From: a virus
Lineage: Duplodnaviria > Heunggongvirae > Uroviricota > Caudoviricetes
Strand: one strand, 5' to 3'
IMG/VR virus record: IMGVR_UViG_3300029705_000018
DNA: 64,000 bases
The position numbers were made by a program, and so were the translations under genes. Below the pieces are notes generated by a model. The model saw only the letters and a program-made list of their open reading frames with translations. It was not told the DNA's origin and did not search any database. Below are positions 14,301-27,272 of this stretch, piece after piece; position 1 is the first letter of the stretch; every line of letters starts with the position of its first letter.

Positions 14301-16972
14301 ATGGAGTTAATCCTACTTATTATAAAAATCCATATAAGATTTTTAGACGTAAGGAAGAAACTGATGCTGATGGTAATGTAATCCATGAAGCTGATTCTGA
14401 AGTTACTGGTGTAACTTGGAAGATTATGTATTATAAAGAAAATGGCGATATTATGACTGCCACAGATTGGGGTCAATCACAATATGCTGTTTTACAAAGT
14501 TATATGCCTAAATTGAATGAGCGAAATTGCTTGATTCCTTGTCATATTTTCTTAGAAAATAATGGTGGTACAATGGTTTATCCAGTTGTTACTTGTGAAG
14601 ATGAGGATGCAGTAGTAATTTGGGCTCAGCCAATTTATTGTATGAAAAATAGATACGCTTCTGCTATGATCAATAAATGGGACGGTAGTCTAGTTATTGA
14701 TGAAGAGAATGGAACTATTATGTCTACTATGGTAGGTGCGGGCCGCAAGAACTCAGAAAACCAATTTGAAGGTGTTTTACTGGGCGATGTAAATACCGCC
14801 TCTGAAGATAATGCTACTGGCGTAGGCTTATATGGTTTCCACAAAGGAGCGCAAAGCTTTAATTTCAATGTTGATGGTACTGCTTTTATCGGTAAATCTG
14901 GTAGAGGTAGAATCAAGTTTGATGGAAATACAGGTACTATTACAAGTGCTTCGTATGAACAAGCAAAAGATTCTTCTGGAATGAAAATTGATTTAGATGA
15001 TGGTATCATTGACATGAAGGGAGCTAAAATTGATGCTACTACTGGTAAGTATGTAGCAGATACTGCAAGTCATATTCATATTGATGTAAAAAGTCCTTAT
15101 TTCAAGATTGATAGTGTTAAAGGTAAAACTTTAATGTTTATCGGCGGAGAGAAAGAAGGATATTATTTACAATCTGACGAATATAATGAAACAAAATTTA
15201 CTTTGAATGAGACTGAATCTAATGGCTTAACTACACCAACTACTGATACTACTGGTACCGGTATGCGATTGGATTTAAAAAATGGTACATTAGATGCATT
15301 TGATTTTTATTTAACTTCAAAGAATGTAATGTTAAATTCAAAAGATTCAAGTAAACCTTATTTTGTTATTAAAGATAATTGTAACAATATGCTTATGCAT
15401 ATTGGTGGTACTAAGTTCTGGCTAAAATCTGCTGATTATAGTGAGACTGCAGCTGGTGAACCTGAATCTGGTATGAAAATTGATTTATCTACTGGTAAAA
15501 TTGATGCTTTTAATTTTTCATTAGTTTCTAGTAGAGTTAAATTGAGTACTAGCGGAACAGTAACAAAACCTTATTTAGAAATTGTTGGTAATGATATAAC
15601 TTTAATGCATATTTCTGAAGCGGGACAATATATTCGTTCTAATACTTTTATTCGAGAGGCTGCTGGTACTCCTGGAACAGGTATGGAAATTAATCTTGGT
15701 ACTGGAGAATTTACAGCTTATACATTTAATTTAAAAGCTGGTAATGCTTCTACTGGTCAATTAAGAATTGATAGTAGTGCCGCACAATATCCTTTGTGGA
15801 TAGGTACAATTGATAAAACCTATGATCCTGAAAATGATGATCCAGAAGATATAATTCCTAATTTTAAAGTTGATTGGGCCGGCAATTTTTATTCACAAGG
15901 TGGTAAATTTACCGGAGCAATTCATGCAACTAGCGGTACTCTTGGTAGTTTAACTGTTAGTGGTGTTTTGACAGGTGGTACTATTTCAGGTGCTACTATT
16001 GAAGGTGGCGTGTTAAAAGTAGGTCCAACCTCAGGAGAAACTGGTTATCAGTTATATGCTGATAACAAAGAGGTTGTAATTAAAAATGCAAAAATTATAA
16101 ATTGTGATATTTAGAGCGGCGATGGAGCTCCCACAGGTACTGGTGGATTTAGTGTCACTCCAGCGGGTATTATGAAAGGTTTTGGTTGTAGTTTAACAAA
16201 TGGATCTTTTACCACTTGTACTGTAATTGATTCTTTATATATCGGAGGAACTGTGGATGGAAAGACCGTTTCTGGCAATATTTATTTAAATGGTAATAAT
16301 AAAATATATTTTGGTTCTGGTACTGGTAATTATTTATATTTTTCAGATGATGGTCGTGTTTCAGTAAGTGCTTTAACGGCTTTTTATGCTAATAAAATAA
16401 ATGCTTCAAAAATAACTGCTTATCAAATTGTTGGTGCGCTAGAATCGAATGGCATGGAAGACTATAATACTCAAGTGTTATTTACTTCAGGAGCAAAAGT
16501 AAAAGGTCATTATTTATCAGCAGAAAATTCTTCTGGAGCTTTACTATTTTCAGCAGGTGATAATACCGCTGGTTTATATGCTAGTAGCGTTTATTTAGGT
16601 GGTACTAAGACCGCTTCTGTTAATGTAGCAGATGGTAATGGTAGTGTTGTAAGCTTAGAGGCATATATAAAATCAATAATAAAAGATAGCGTTACAGTAT
16701 CTGTGACTTCTGGAGCTAGTGATACAACAGTAACTGGTGGAACAGATGGGGTTTATACAGTAACAACAACAGATAATAAAACTGTTACAGCATCTTAGAC
16801 AATTTGTTGTTATACATATACACAACCTTCTGGAGGTTATTTTTCTACTACTGAAACAGCTGGTAGTCCGCCATCAGGTTCTTACTATACTTATTGTACT
16901 AAAGATAAATCTCAAACAAAAGATGTTTCAACTTCTGGTACAATTCAAGTAGCTGTTACTATTAAAGATTAA
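11387..16972 (+). CDS. Giant tail fibre or tail spike-like protein of about 1,860 aa with 6 in-frame TAGs at 11447, 12578, 12647, 13346, 16112 and 16796. Carries internal ~70-aa tandem repeats (GMKIDL.../GMRLDL.../GMEINL...).
   Basis: ORF pieces 11468, 12674, 13463 and 16172 are all in frame 2. TAA at 16970-72. Start assigned to TTG 11387 or GTG 11393 after RBS AAGGAG. A consensus promoter lies at 11334..11362. Confidence 0.7.
14968..15790 (+). repeat. Four ~70-aa tandem protein repeats inside tail-fibre gene 11387..16972
   Basis: Repeated G-M-x-[IL]-[DN]-L...G.[IL]DAF.F...KPY[FL] units in the translation. Confidence 0.5.
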
Positions 16973-16997
16973 AAAGGAGAAAAAGGAGATATACGTT

Positions 16998-17363
16998 ATG
17001 AAAATGACAAATTTAGAAATTTATAATACTGCAAGTCACCTTATGGAGGCTTTCAGTGATGGTAATCAAAAATTACCTGTTAAATTGAATTTCTTCTTAC
17101 AGAAGAATAAAAAGACTTTATTGGGTTTAGCTCAAGAAATTGAAGAGGCTCGTTTGAATGTTGCTAAAGAACTCGGCGTTCAAAATGAAAATGGTGGATA
17201 TACCGTCGAACCTGAAAATGTTGATAAGGCCCAAGCTGAATTAACTCAGTTGTTTAATATTGAGCAAGAGGTTGACATTGCTATGATTAGTTATGATGAT
17301 CTCGATCCTGGTATGACAATGACTGCTGCCCAGATGGAAGCATTATTGTTCATGATTAAGTAA
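16998..17363 (+). CDS. Hypothetical protein, 121 aa
   Basis: Intact ORF with RBS AAAAGGAG. A rho-independent terminator follows at 17370. Confidence 0.7.
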   Translation: MKMTNLEIYNTASHLMEAFSDGNQKLPVKLNFFLQKNKKTLLGLAQEIEEARLNVAKELGVQNENGGYTVEPENVDKAQAELTQLFNIEQEVDIAMISYDDLDPGMTMTAAQMEALLFMIK

Positions 17364-17369
17364 TTATAT

Positions 17370-17406
17370 GGGCTACTGGAAATTTTCCAGTAGCCCAATT
17401 TTTTAG
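17370..17406 (+). terminator. Rho-independent terminator
   Basis: gggctactggaaattttccagtagccc followed by aatttttt. Confidence 0.75.
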
Positions 17407-17425
17407 AGAGAAAGGAGTTAGAGTT

Positions 17426-20272
17426 ATGAAATTACATCCACCTGTTATAGATGGTAAATTACCTGCTTTTGCGGGAACCTCAATGAATATTCCTTTTATG
17501 TTGAATCGTGCAGTTGCTCTATCTGATTTGAATGAAGCCACTCCACTAAAATTGAAAATTAAAACTGTAAAAACCAACAGAGAGATTGGTACTTTTAGTG
17601 GTCAATATATATACAATAAAGCTACGGGTAATTATCATGCTAACTTTATTTTATCTGAAAAGAAAAATGAAATAAAATTTGGTACTTTTTATAAAGTTCA
17701 AATTGCTTTTGTTTCTAAGGATAATACTGTGGGTTATTATTCTACCGTAGGAATTATTAAATGTACTACATACCCCATCGTAAAAGTTTAGGGACAAAGT
17801 GATAATTTATCTAATAGTTATGAATATGTTGGTGTTTATCAACAGCCAAGCGAAGGTAATAAGTATGATACAACAGAAAAAGCTTACTCTTATTGTTTTG
17901 AATTAAGGGACATTGATGGAAATATTGTTTCTACAAGCGGAACTCAAATTCATAATAGCTCTTATGATACGGAGCCAGAAGAGATGCATGACCACTGGGT
18001 TTTGCGAAAGAATTTGAAAGAAGGAGTTCCTTATTATCTTACTTATAAAGTAACTACTACCAATGGATTAGAATGTGAAAGTCAAAGTTATCCAATTGTT
18101 ACTCAAGAAAGCGTAGACTCTTCTCTTCAAGAGAAATGTGATTTAATTGCCACTTCTAATTTTGAAGATGGTTTTATTCGTTTAAGTTTACGTCCAAAAG
18201 TGAAGCATGGTGTTATTGATGGTAGCTTTGTTTTGTCTCGTTCTTCTAGCGAAGATAATTTTGATAGCTGGAATGAGATTTACCGATTCTCTTATAAAAA
18301 TCTTCATGTATATGGAGATATTGGAGAATCTGCGGACTTATTAACAACTCACCCAGATTTTTGGGATAAGAATGATTTAATCCTTTGGGAAGATTTTACT
18401 GTGCAACAAGGTGTTCAATATGTTTATTCTATTCAAGCATTCAATGCTCAAGGATTATTTTCTAATCGAATGATAAATCATAAATGGACACTAGCTTATC
18501 GTGACAATGATATGAATGCCGCAGGCGACTATGAAGAGCCTGATGGTTATGATGAATACCGCAGAGGATATTATTTTGACAGCACTCCAGAAACTATTAC
18601 AGTTGATTTTGAAGATATGTTCTTATTTGATGGCTCTCGTCAATTAAAGATTAGATTTAATCCAAAGGTTACTTCTTTTAAGTCTACTGTTTTGGAATCT
18701 AAAATTGATACTTTAGGCGGTAAATATCCATTCGTATTTAGAAATGGTAATGTAGAATATAAAGAATTCCCTGTATCTGGATTATTATCTCTCATTAGTG
18801 ATCCAAATGAGTTCTTCTTAAAAGGTATTTAGACTGAGAAGTTATTATATCGTTCTTAGGCTAATGGCGATGAAATTATCGGTCCAGGAGATACTCATGT
18901 AACTATGGATAATTTACGCAGAGAACGCGAATTTAAAATGGAGGCTTTGTCTTGGCTAACAAATGGCAAGCCTAAGTTGTTCCGCTCTCCTAGCGAGGGT
19001 AATTTTATTGTTCGTATTATGAATGTATCCATGTCTCCACTTGATGTAGTGGGACGTATGCTTCATAGCTTTAGCGGAACTGCTTACGAGATTGCGGAAT
19101 GCACTTTTGATAATCTAAATACATATGGATTTATTTCTGCTCCTGATAGAGATAATCGCGATCTGAAAATCGGTTAGATTAGACTTGCGGACGCCGCAGA
19201 TCCCAAAAAAGATGTACAAGGATTTAGTGCAGAAGGTAATAAAATTACCACTCCCGCAATTTATCGAGCTAGCTTTACTGGTGTCGCTCCTGGAACAATT
19301 TTTGCATTAAACTTTGAAGATGGATATGGTAATGTTGAAATTGAAATTGGCTATACGGGTACTTATTATGTACAAGTACAGGATAAACCAATTACTTCAA
19401 TTACTTTATTAAAATCCGCAGATATTGATAAATTAGATTATACTAAGAAACCTGAGACCGATGATTGGAGAGACGCATATTTAACTTTCTGTTATTATGA
19501 TAGTAATCCTACTGATAATTTTAGTAAGATTACAAGCATCGCAGTACAAGACGAATTTAGACAATTTATTGGCACTGGCTTTAATGCTAATCTTATTTCT
19601 TTTTTGGAAGATATTCGTCGATAGACTGGTAGATTCCATTATTTGCGAATTAGCGAAAGACCAATTCGTCAGATTTATAAAGATAGTAACGGAGTTTGGT
19701 TCTTTAATCCACAGTTCACCGATCGTATATATGATACTGAATGGGATGCTAGTGTAATTTATCAAGTCGGAAATTCAGGAACTTATTATAGCGGTAAACC
19801 TCGTTCTCCCATGGGTAAGCCTGATTATCGTCTAAAGATTGTAAATGGTGATGGCGAGTATGAGGATGAAATCAAATTCGATGGTAGAAAATCACCTGGC
19901 ATCGAATTAGATAAATGGTGGCCTACTAATTCTTATAATAATGGTCGTATCAATAAATCTTCTGGTACTCACAGTAGAATTGATGCGATTACTGGTGTTG
20001 ATAAAATTGATGGAATTTATATTGGCACTGGTTTAATGGTTGAGATGGCTTATCGTGTTAAATTCTTAGGATATGATGTTGAGACTAGTAGTAGTGCAGT
20101 TAGAAATGCTAAAGCAACTTGGCAGGCTGCAATTGAGAATTGGGAAGCTGTCACTGGTGATGCAGAATCTACCAGAGAACAAATTGATGCTAGTTTACAA
20201 CAAATTGAATCTGCTTATGCAAAATATATAGAAGCACTTGAATATGCTTTGGCACAGGAGGTTGAAGATTAA
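17426..20272 (+). CDS. Large structural (baseplate or tail-associated) protein of about 948 aa with 5 in-frame TAGs at 17789, 18830, 18848, 19175 and 19622.
   Basis: ORF pieces 17426, 17984, 18905 and 19643 are all in frame 2. Gaps contain only TAG. TAA at 20270-72. RBS AGAGAGAAAGGAG. Confidence 0.7.
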
Positions 20273-23169
20273 TGGTTTATGATAAAAATTTTTTATTAGA
20301 GTTAGATAGAGATAAAAACAAAACCATTTATGCTCGTATCACAGCTTTGCGCTTTGATGAATCTCCTATTGAATTTATTGAAGGTCGTGTAACGCAGGGT
20401 TCCATCAATATCGATGGAACCTCTGCCATCAGACGCTCTTGTTCTTTAACCATGGTCGCCGCAGATTTTGATTATCGAAATTATTATTGGGGACTGAATA
20501 CTAAATTCAAGTTAGAAATTGGATTGGAAAATTATATCAATCCTGCCTACCCAAAAGTATGCTGGTTTGATTAGGGTGTCTTTTTAATTACTCAATTTAA
20601 TACAAGTCGTAATGCCTCAAGTTTTAATATTTCTGTATCTGGTAAAGATAAGATGTGTTAGCTAAATGGTGAAATTGGTGGTAATTTTGAATCTTCTGTT
20701 GATTTCGGTCAAATTGAAGAACAAAATCCTGATGGCTCTTGGAAAATTACTAAACTTCCAATTCATCGTATTATTCGCGAAATGATTCACCAATACGCCG
20801 GAGAGCCTTTTCACAATATTATTATCAATGATTTAGAAGAATATGGTTTAGAGCTTTTAGAGTATCAATACGATGTTCCAATGTTTTTATACAGACATAT
20901 TGATTCTCCAATTTATACAAACGCTTTATTAAAAGGTGAAGTCGAATGTAAGGTAGACAGAGTTAATCCAGAAACAAAAGAAGTAGAGCGAGTATCCATT
21001 CAAGTAAAAGATTTAACTAATACAGAATTAGAAATGTTAGTTGATCCATTGACTGGAACACCTAATCCCTCTGAAGTATGGATTTGGGACAGTGAAGAAA
21101 AGCAAGATATTCCTTATTATTTTGCTAAGATTGAAACTAATTAGACTGCAGGTTATCGAACTACTGAGTTAACTTACCCAGGTGATTTGATTGCGGCCGC
21201 AGGTGAAACAGTTACTTCTGTTTTAGATAAGATCGTAAATATGCTTGGTGAATTCGAGTATTTTTATGATTTATAGGGACAATTCATTTTCTAGAAAAAG
21301 CGTTCTTTTGTCAATACTTTATGGTCTCCATTGGTTGATAGTAGTTCCGATGATGAGGATGGTTCTTATGATGAACAATATGTAGAAAGCTTGGCGATTG
21401 CTTCCTCTCAAAGTTATGTATTCCATGAAGGAGAGCTAATTACTGCTTTCAATAATAATCCTAATTTGACTAATATGAAAAATGATTATTCAATTTGGGG
21501 TACTCGTGCTTCCGTTCAAAATACTGAAATTCCAATTCATATGCGCTATGCAATTGATAAGAAACCAACCTTCTACCGCACATATGACGGAAGTAAATTC
21601 TTTACAACTGAGAAAAAAACTGATGAAGATTTATATAATGAAATCTTTAGCGAGCTATATGAAGAATTTACTAAAAAGCCAAATCCAAATGGATTACCGG
21701 AAGATTGGTGGGATATTATGGATTGGGCTGAAAGATATAAAATGCTAAAAGGTTTTTATCCTCCTGGACGTATTGGCCAATACTGTTCTGAAGCAGTAAG
21801 TAAAAGAATTGATTTAAATTCTTATTTCCCTGCTCCTCCTGAGGATTAGAATTTGAATGATAGTAGAGGTAAATGGAATCATTATCGTGACATTTATATC
21901 TTTGATGTAGAAAGTGATGGAACTCTTGGATATTATGGACATTATAATGGATGTACTCATTATTATGAATATTTCTTAGAAAGAGCGTTAGAAGGATTAG
22001 GAACTTCTTACATTTATAAGCCAGAAATTCCCGAATCTGAAGGCGGCGATGTAAGTAATATTGTTGTTGATATTATGAAAAATCGTGTTTATAATCAAGA
22101 TTGGCGAGAAATTATTTATCAAATGGCTTTAGACTATTATCAGCATGGTCAAGAAGAAGATTTTGAGCAACGGATTATTGAAAATAATTATCCTTATTAT
22201 CCTACTGGATTGACTGGATATGAATCTTATTATATTGATTTACAAGGCTTTTGGAGACAGTTATATTATCCCATTGAAAGAACTGTGCAAGAATACCAAG
22301 ATGAAAAAGCAAAATTAATGGAAGAGAAAGGGTTCATTGGAAATTTTATTTATACTCCTGAATATATTGAAGAGAACAAAGAAGCATTATCTAACCTAGA
22401 TAAGAAATTTGATTATTTCTTCTATGTAAGAAAAGAAAAGGACGAAGAAGGCGTAGTGCATGAGCTAGATCGATTTGGACCTGAGCAAGAAGAAGATGAA
22501 ACAGATGACGCTTATGCGGAAAGAATAGACGCATTGTTATTACAATTCCAAGATGCTTTATACGTCACTTTAACTGAAATTGAAGAGCTTATTGCGAAGT
22601 GCGATACAAAAATTGAAGCAGTTGAAGAAGAAAGCTCTTATTATTATACCAAAGATGAACTTTATCCTCATTGGCGTAAAGATGTTTATGAATCTCCTTA
22701 GAGCTTGAATTTCTGGTTTGACTTTTTAGATACAGATGGAGAACTGGCACAATTCAATGTGTAGAATGTCGGTCGTAGGCCAAAAGTTGTAAATGATTCA
22801 AGTGTAAAATCCATTTATTTTAGAGATACACCGGACATTATTTTTAGAACTGCTGATGAGGGAGAAATAATGACTGGTTATAGATACATTTAGGCTCCAA
22901 TGATTGAGACCATGTTTAAGATTAGTACTCAAGGCAAATCCGCAAAAGATAAGTTAGATGAACTAATTTATACTCATGGATATTGCATTGAAAATGCTAC
23001 AATTACAACTATTCCAATCTATTATTTGGAACCTAATATTCGTGTGCATTTATATGACAACGAAACCAATCTATGCGGAGATTATATTATTAGCAAATAT
23101 ACTATTCCATTAGCATATAATGGAACAATGAGTATTACTGCTACTAAAGCCGCAGAAAATATTGTTTAA
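20272..23169 (+). CDS. Large structural protein of about 965 aa with 8 in-frame TAGs at 20572, 20656, 21142, 21265, 21283, 21847, 22699 and 22750. Its start overlaps the upstream stop (TAATG).
   Basis: ORF pieces 20272, 20782, 21331, 21853 and 22900 are all in frame 1. TAA at 23167-69. Confidence 0.65.
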
Positions 23170-23184
23170 AAGGAGGACGGACGA

Positions 23185-23554
23185 ATTGAAAGCTATTAGA
23201 CAATTTAGATATTATGGATCTGATTTGATTAATAATGAATTTGCCAAAATAAATAATTATCCAAATGATCCTTCTTTCCCAGAAAGATTGATCGGTGGTA
23301 ATATTTTTAATGAATATAGCGCAATCACAAAGCTTGGTATTCAAGGTCGTCCAGGTACAATGTTCTATTTGAATGATAGTAATTACCCAATCGTCATTGG
23401 CGAGACAGGTATTTATGAGATTGATTTAGAAGGTTATGGACAGATTTTCCGTATCAAATTTGACGGTCCTTCATTGAAGTGGTACGATGAAGATGGCAAA
23501 GGCGACCGTCTTCTAATTGACATTGTATTTGAAGGGTCAGGTGGAAGCGCATGA
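23185..23554 (+). CDS. Hypothetical protein of about 122 aa. TTG start after RBS AAAGGAGG. TGA stop.
   Basis: ORF 23162..23554. TTG 23185 is the start best spaced from the SD sequence. Confidence 0.55.
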
Positions 23555-25707
23555 GTTTTTATGGTAGCATATATTACCAATTAGTTGATGCTTTCAATCG
23601 ACTATGGTTTAGTAACTAGGGAAAAGACAGCATTATTTTCCCCGGTGAAGATAAATTAGTAAATCCAAATCCTGCTGAGGGTGTTCCAGAAGATACTTTT
23701 GAATATCATTCTCCTGGACGCCAAGGTGTTATCGACTTAAAGTCTGGTAACAGATGGATTGTTTTTACTTAGAATGAAGAAGATAAATCTTTCAAGATTT
23801 GGCATAGAGAAGCAGATGCCGAGAGTAATGTTCCTGGTAATGGTTTTTATCATGTTCCAAATATGTATTTGGTTGTTTAGCAAGATGGAGAAAAAATCGA
23901 ATAGGTTATTGATAGATGTATTCAAGAAACTTCTGACAGAATTGCAGAAGAGGGCGGAACTTTTACTTTAGAAGAGGGCTGTAGAGTAGTTGTTGAAATT
24001 CCAAGCAAAGAAGATAATGTTGATCCTTCTCATGCAATCTATAAATATACTATTGATGGTGAATGGGAAGAGGAATTAGAAGCAACTCAAGGAATGGTAA
24101 CCATTCTAAATCCCGATGATTTCTTTGTAACTACTGAATCTTATGCTGTAGATGGAGCAGGACATATGATTCCTGGTACTCGTCATTTATACAAGATGCC
24201 AAAGTCTGATGTTCAAGAAGAAATTGATGCTCTAAAGGCTCGTATGACGAAGAATGAAGAGCACGATGGAGAGCAAGACGACGATATTGATCTATTGGAA
24301 GAATATGTCGGTGATTGGAATCTATACAGAGGCGCAACCAATGATAAAGGATTTAATTATTGGATGCCGGGTGTCTCTGATGCCATTGGCGATATGTGTG
24401 AATTAATCGCAGGTCACCAAAATACTTTTAATGAAGATGGAAGCGTCAAAGATGTTTGGTCTGACTGGGAAGACCATCGTGATGTTAATATTGCTCGTGT
24501 TATCGGTAACTTAACACTATTAAGAGAAAGCTTAAAATCTTTTGATAATGCTCATTTTAGAGTTGATGATACTAAAATGAGTGATATTAGCTTGATTGAT
24601 GTTATTTTGTATATTAAAGATAATTTAGTTGCGACAAATACAACAACTCTTACTGGTCATAAAGGAAGACTTGATAACTTAACTGACGATATTAATAGAT
24701 TAACTTCAGATACTTTAGCTTTGACAAAACGTGCAGATGACTTAGAAGCAAAAGATATTGAAATTGAAGCTGATATTGATGCAATTAACGATCCTGCTAC
24801 TGGCATTTTGATTACTGCTAAAAATTATACTGATAGTTTAGCCAATGGCGCTGTAAAAGCAAATACTGATGCCATTGCCGCGATTAATGATCCTACTACA
24901 GGTATTTTAGCAAATGCTAAGTCTTATACTGATAATTTAGCAAATGGAGCAGTAAAAGATAATACTAATGCTATTACCGCAATTAATGATAGTGAAACTG
25001 GTATTTTAGCAAAGGCTAATAAGTATACAGATGAATTAGCCAATGGTGCAGTAACAGATAATGCTAATGCTATTATTGCAATTAATGATGGCGAAACTGG
25101 TATTTTAAAATCTGCAAATAATTACACTGATGATGAAATTGATAAATTAGATTATACTGACAGTGCTGCCGATGGACAATATGTCTATTCTGTAAATGAA
25201 ACTGATGGTATTATTGCAGTTGAGCATAAAGCTCTTCCTACTTATACTTTAACTTCTGGTAGTACCAATGGTACAGTCGCTTTCAATGGATCTGATGTAA
25301 TTGTAAAAGGATTAGGTACTGCTGCTTATTCTAATACAGACGCTTTTGATGCGGCTGGTGCGGCCGCAACTGCCAAGAACGAGGCAATTGCTGCAGCTAA
25401 AACCGAAACTGAAAATCAGATATAGGCATTAACTGAAGGCGCTATTGCAACTGCCAAGAGTGAAGCAATTGCTGAAGCCAAAACTGAAACTGAAAACCAA
25501 GTAAAAGCATTGGCTGAAGGTGCTGTTGCAGACAACAGTGCAGCAATTGAAGATTTAGAATTATTGCTTCAAAATTACAATGAACTGGTTGCGAAGGTAG
25601 CTGAGCTAGAAGGCAGAATTGCTGCCCTAGAACCCGCACCCGAAGAACCAGATCCAGAAGAACCAGATCCCACTCCAGGAGATGAAGGTTCTGAACCCAC
25701 TACATAA
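23551..25707 (+). CDS. Tail fibre-like protein of about 718 aa with 5 in-frame TAGs at 23617, 23770, 23878, 23902 and 25423. Carries five ~41-aa tandem repeats (AINDPxTGILxxAKxYTDxLANGAVKxNT) and a C-terminal coiled coil followed by a Pro/Glu-rich tail.
   Basis: ATG at 23551 overlaps the upstream TGA (ATGA). ORF pieces 24094 and 25510 are both in frame 1. TAA at 25705-07. Confidence 0.7.
24770..25150 (+). repeat. Five ~41-aa tandem repeats in fibre gene 23551..25707
   Basis: AINDPATGILITAKNYTDSLANGAVKANT repeated with small variations. Confidence 0.6.
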
Positions 25708-25770
25708 TTTCTTTCTATTGAGAAATTAATATATATAAGTAAATAATTTTTAGGAAGGAGAGAGATTATA

Positions 25771-27258
25771 TTGGCAAGATACGTTAAGTTTATGCGAGGT
25801 ACTCCTACACAGTACGCCGCTTTGGTTGAAAAAGATATTGATACCCTGTATTTTATTGCTGAACCTACTGCTAGTGAAGGTTGCTTGTACTTAGGTAATA
25901 AGTTAATTGCTGGTAATGGCGAAAGCAATAGCGGAGATCTATCTGAATTACTAAGTTTAAACGACTTATCTGATGTCATTGTAAATTCCTTAGACTTATC
26001 TGATGCTTCCTTTCTAATCTACAATCAATCTCAAGGTGCTTGGGTAAATTGTAGTAAAGAAGCATTAGTATTTGTTGGCTCTTCTTCTTTGTCCGACGGT
26101 AAGGCTGGCCTAGTGCCAGCCCCCGCAAAGGGCGAAGAAAATATGTTCTTGCGTGCGGACGGCACTTGGGCCGTTCCTGAAGGCGCAGGAGCTGCTTCTA
26201 ATGCTGTTGTTTATCAAGTAACCGCAGAAGCAGATGAGAGCAAGGAGGCCGCAATCGTTCGCATCGTAAATGGTGCTGAATTGCATAAAAATGATGTAGC
26301 AATCGTAAGAGTCTTAATTGCTAATGATATGTATGAGCATACTGCTTATGTATATGACGGTACAAATTGGGCCGCCATGGATGGCAATTATAACGCTGAA
26401 AATGTTTACTTCAAAAGCGATTTTGTATTTACTGAAAATGTAGGTACAGTAAAAATTCCAGAGTCTGGTAATATTGAAGTTCAGGCCGCAGGTTTGAATG
26501 TTGCTGAGTTCTTTAATAAGTTGTTCTCTGAGGTAAAAGATCCAACAATTACCGATGTAGAGTTCACTGTCTCCTGGGATGGAACTAAGACTTCTTATGA
26601 AGTTGGCACTTCTGTAATTCCTAAGTATACTTCTACTTTCACTCCTGGTAGTTATGAATTTGGCCCTGAAAGTACTGGCGTAACTGTTAGTAGTTATAGT
26701 GTTGTTGATACCAATAACAATACTGCTAATACAGCTTCTGGCTCCATGCCAGAAATTACCATTACTGATGATACTAAGTATTCTGTAGCAATTACTGCTA
26801 CTTATACTGATGGTGTTAAAGCCTATAATAACTTACAGCAAGAAAGCGCAGAATATATCAAGGGTGGTTCCGTAACTAAGGCTACTAGTTCTATTATTGG
26901 TTATCGCGCTTCTTTTGTTGGTGTTGATAATGGTACTGGAGCTATTGACTCTGCTGTAATTAGAGGTTTAGCTACTTCTTGGAATTATAATGCCGGTAAG
27001 GTTATTACTGTTGACGCAGAAACTATTAATAATCCTACTCGTATTATTATTGCTATTCCTGCTTCTAATACTCGTAATGGTATTAAAGAAATTATTATGC
27101 CTGAATCTATGAATTATAATTGCACTGCTGACTATGTACAGCAAGATAATGTTATGGTTGAAGGTGCTAATGGTGCTACCGCTGCTGAGTATGAAGTTTG
27201 GGTTTATGCTCCAAGTAAAATGGGTGTTGATGAAGTCCATAAAATTACTTTGAACTAA
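25771..27258 (+). CDS. Tail fibre protein of 495 aa with the conserved phage tail-fibre N-terminus (MARYVKFMRGT...YAAL...TLYF). No TAG.
   Basis: Intact ORF. TTG start after RBS GGAAGGAGAG. Confidence 0.7.
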   Translation: MARYVKFMRGTPTQYAALVEKDIDTLYFIAEPTASEGCLYLGNKLIAGNGESNSGDLSELLSLNDLSDVIVNSLDLSDASFLIYNQSQGAWVNCSKEALVFVGSSSLSDGKAGLVPAPAKGEENMFLRADGTWAVPEGAGAASNAVVYQVTAEADESKEAAIVRIVNGAELHKNDVAIVRVLIANDMYEHTAYVYDGTNWAAMDGNYNAENVYFKSDFVFTENVGTVKIPESGNIEVQAAGLNVAEFFNKLFSEVKDPTITDVEFTVSWDGTKTSYEVGTSVIPKYTSTFTPGSYEFGPESTGVTVSSYSVVDTNNNTANTASGSMPEITITDDTKYSVAITATYTDGVKAYNNLQQESAEYIKGGSVTKATSSIIGYRASFVGVDNGTGAIDSAVIRGLATSWNYNAGKVITVDAETINNPTRIIIAIPASNTRNGIKEIIMPESMNYNCTADYVQQDNVMVEGANGATAAEYEVWVYAPSKMGVDEVHKITLN

Positions 27259-27272
27259 GGAGGAATTGAAGA

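Noticed and set aside
25708-25770. Possible promoter TTGAGA...TAAATA upstream of fibre gene 25771
   Set aside because: The -10 element is poor and the spacing ambiguous. It is much weaker than the five consensus sites and is not called.
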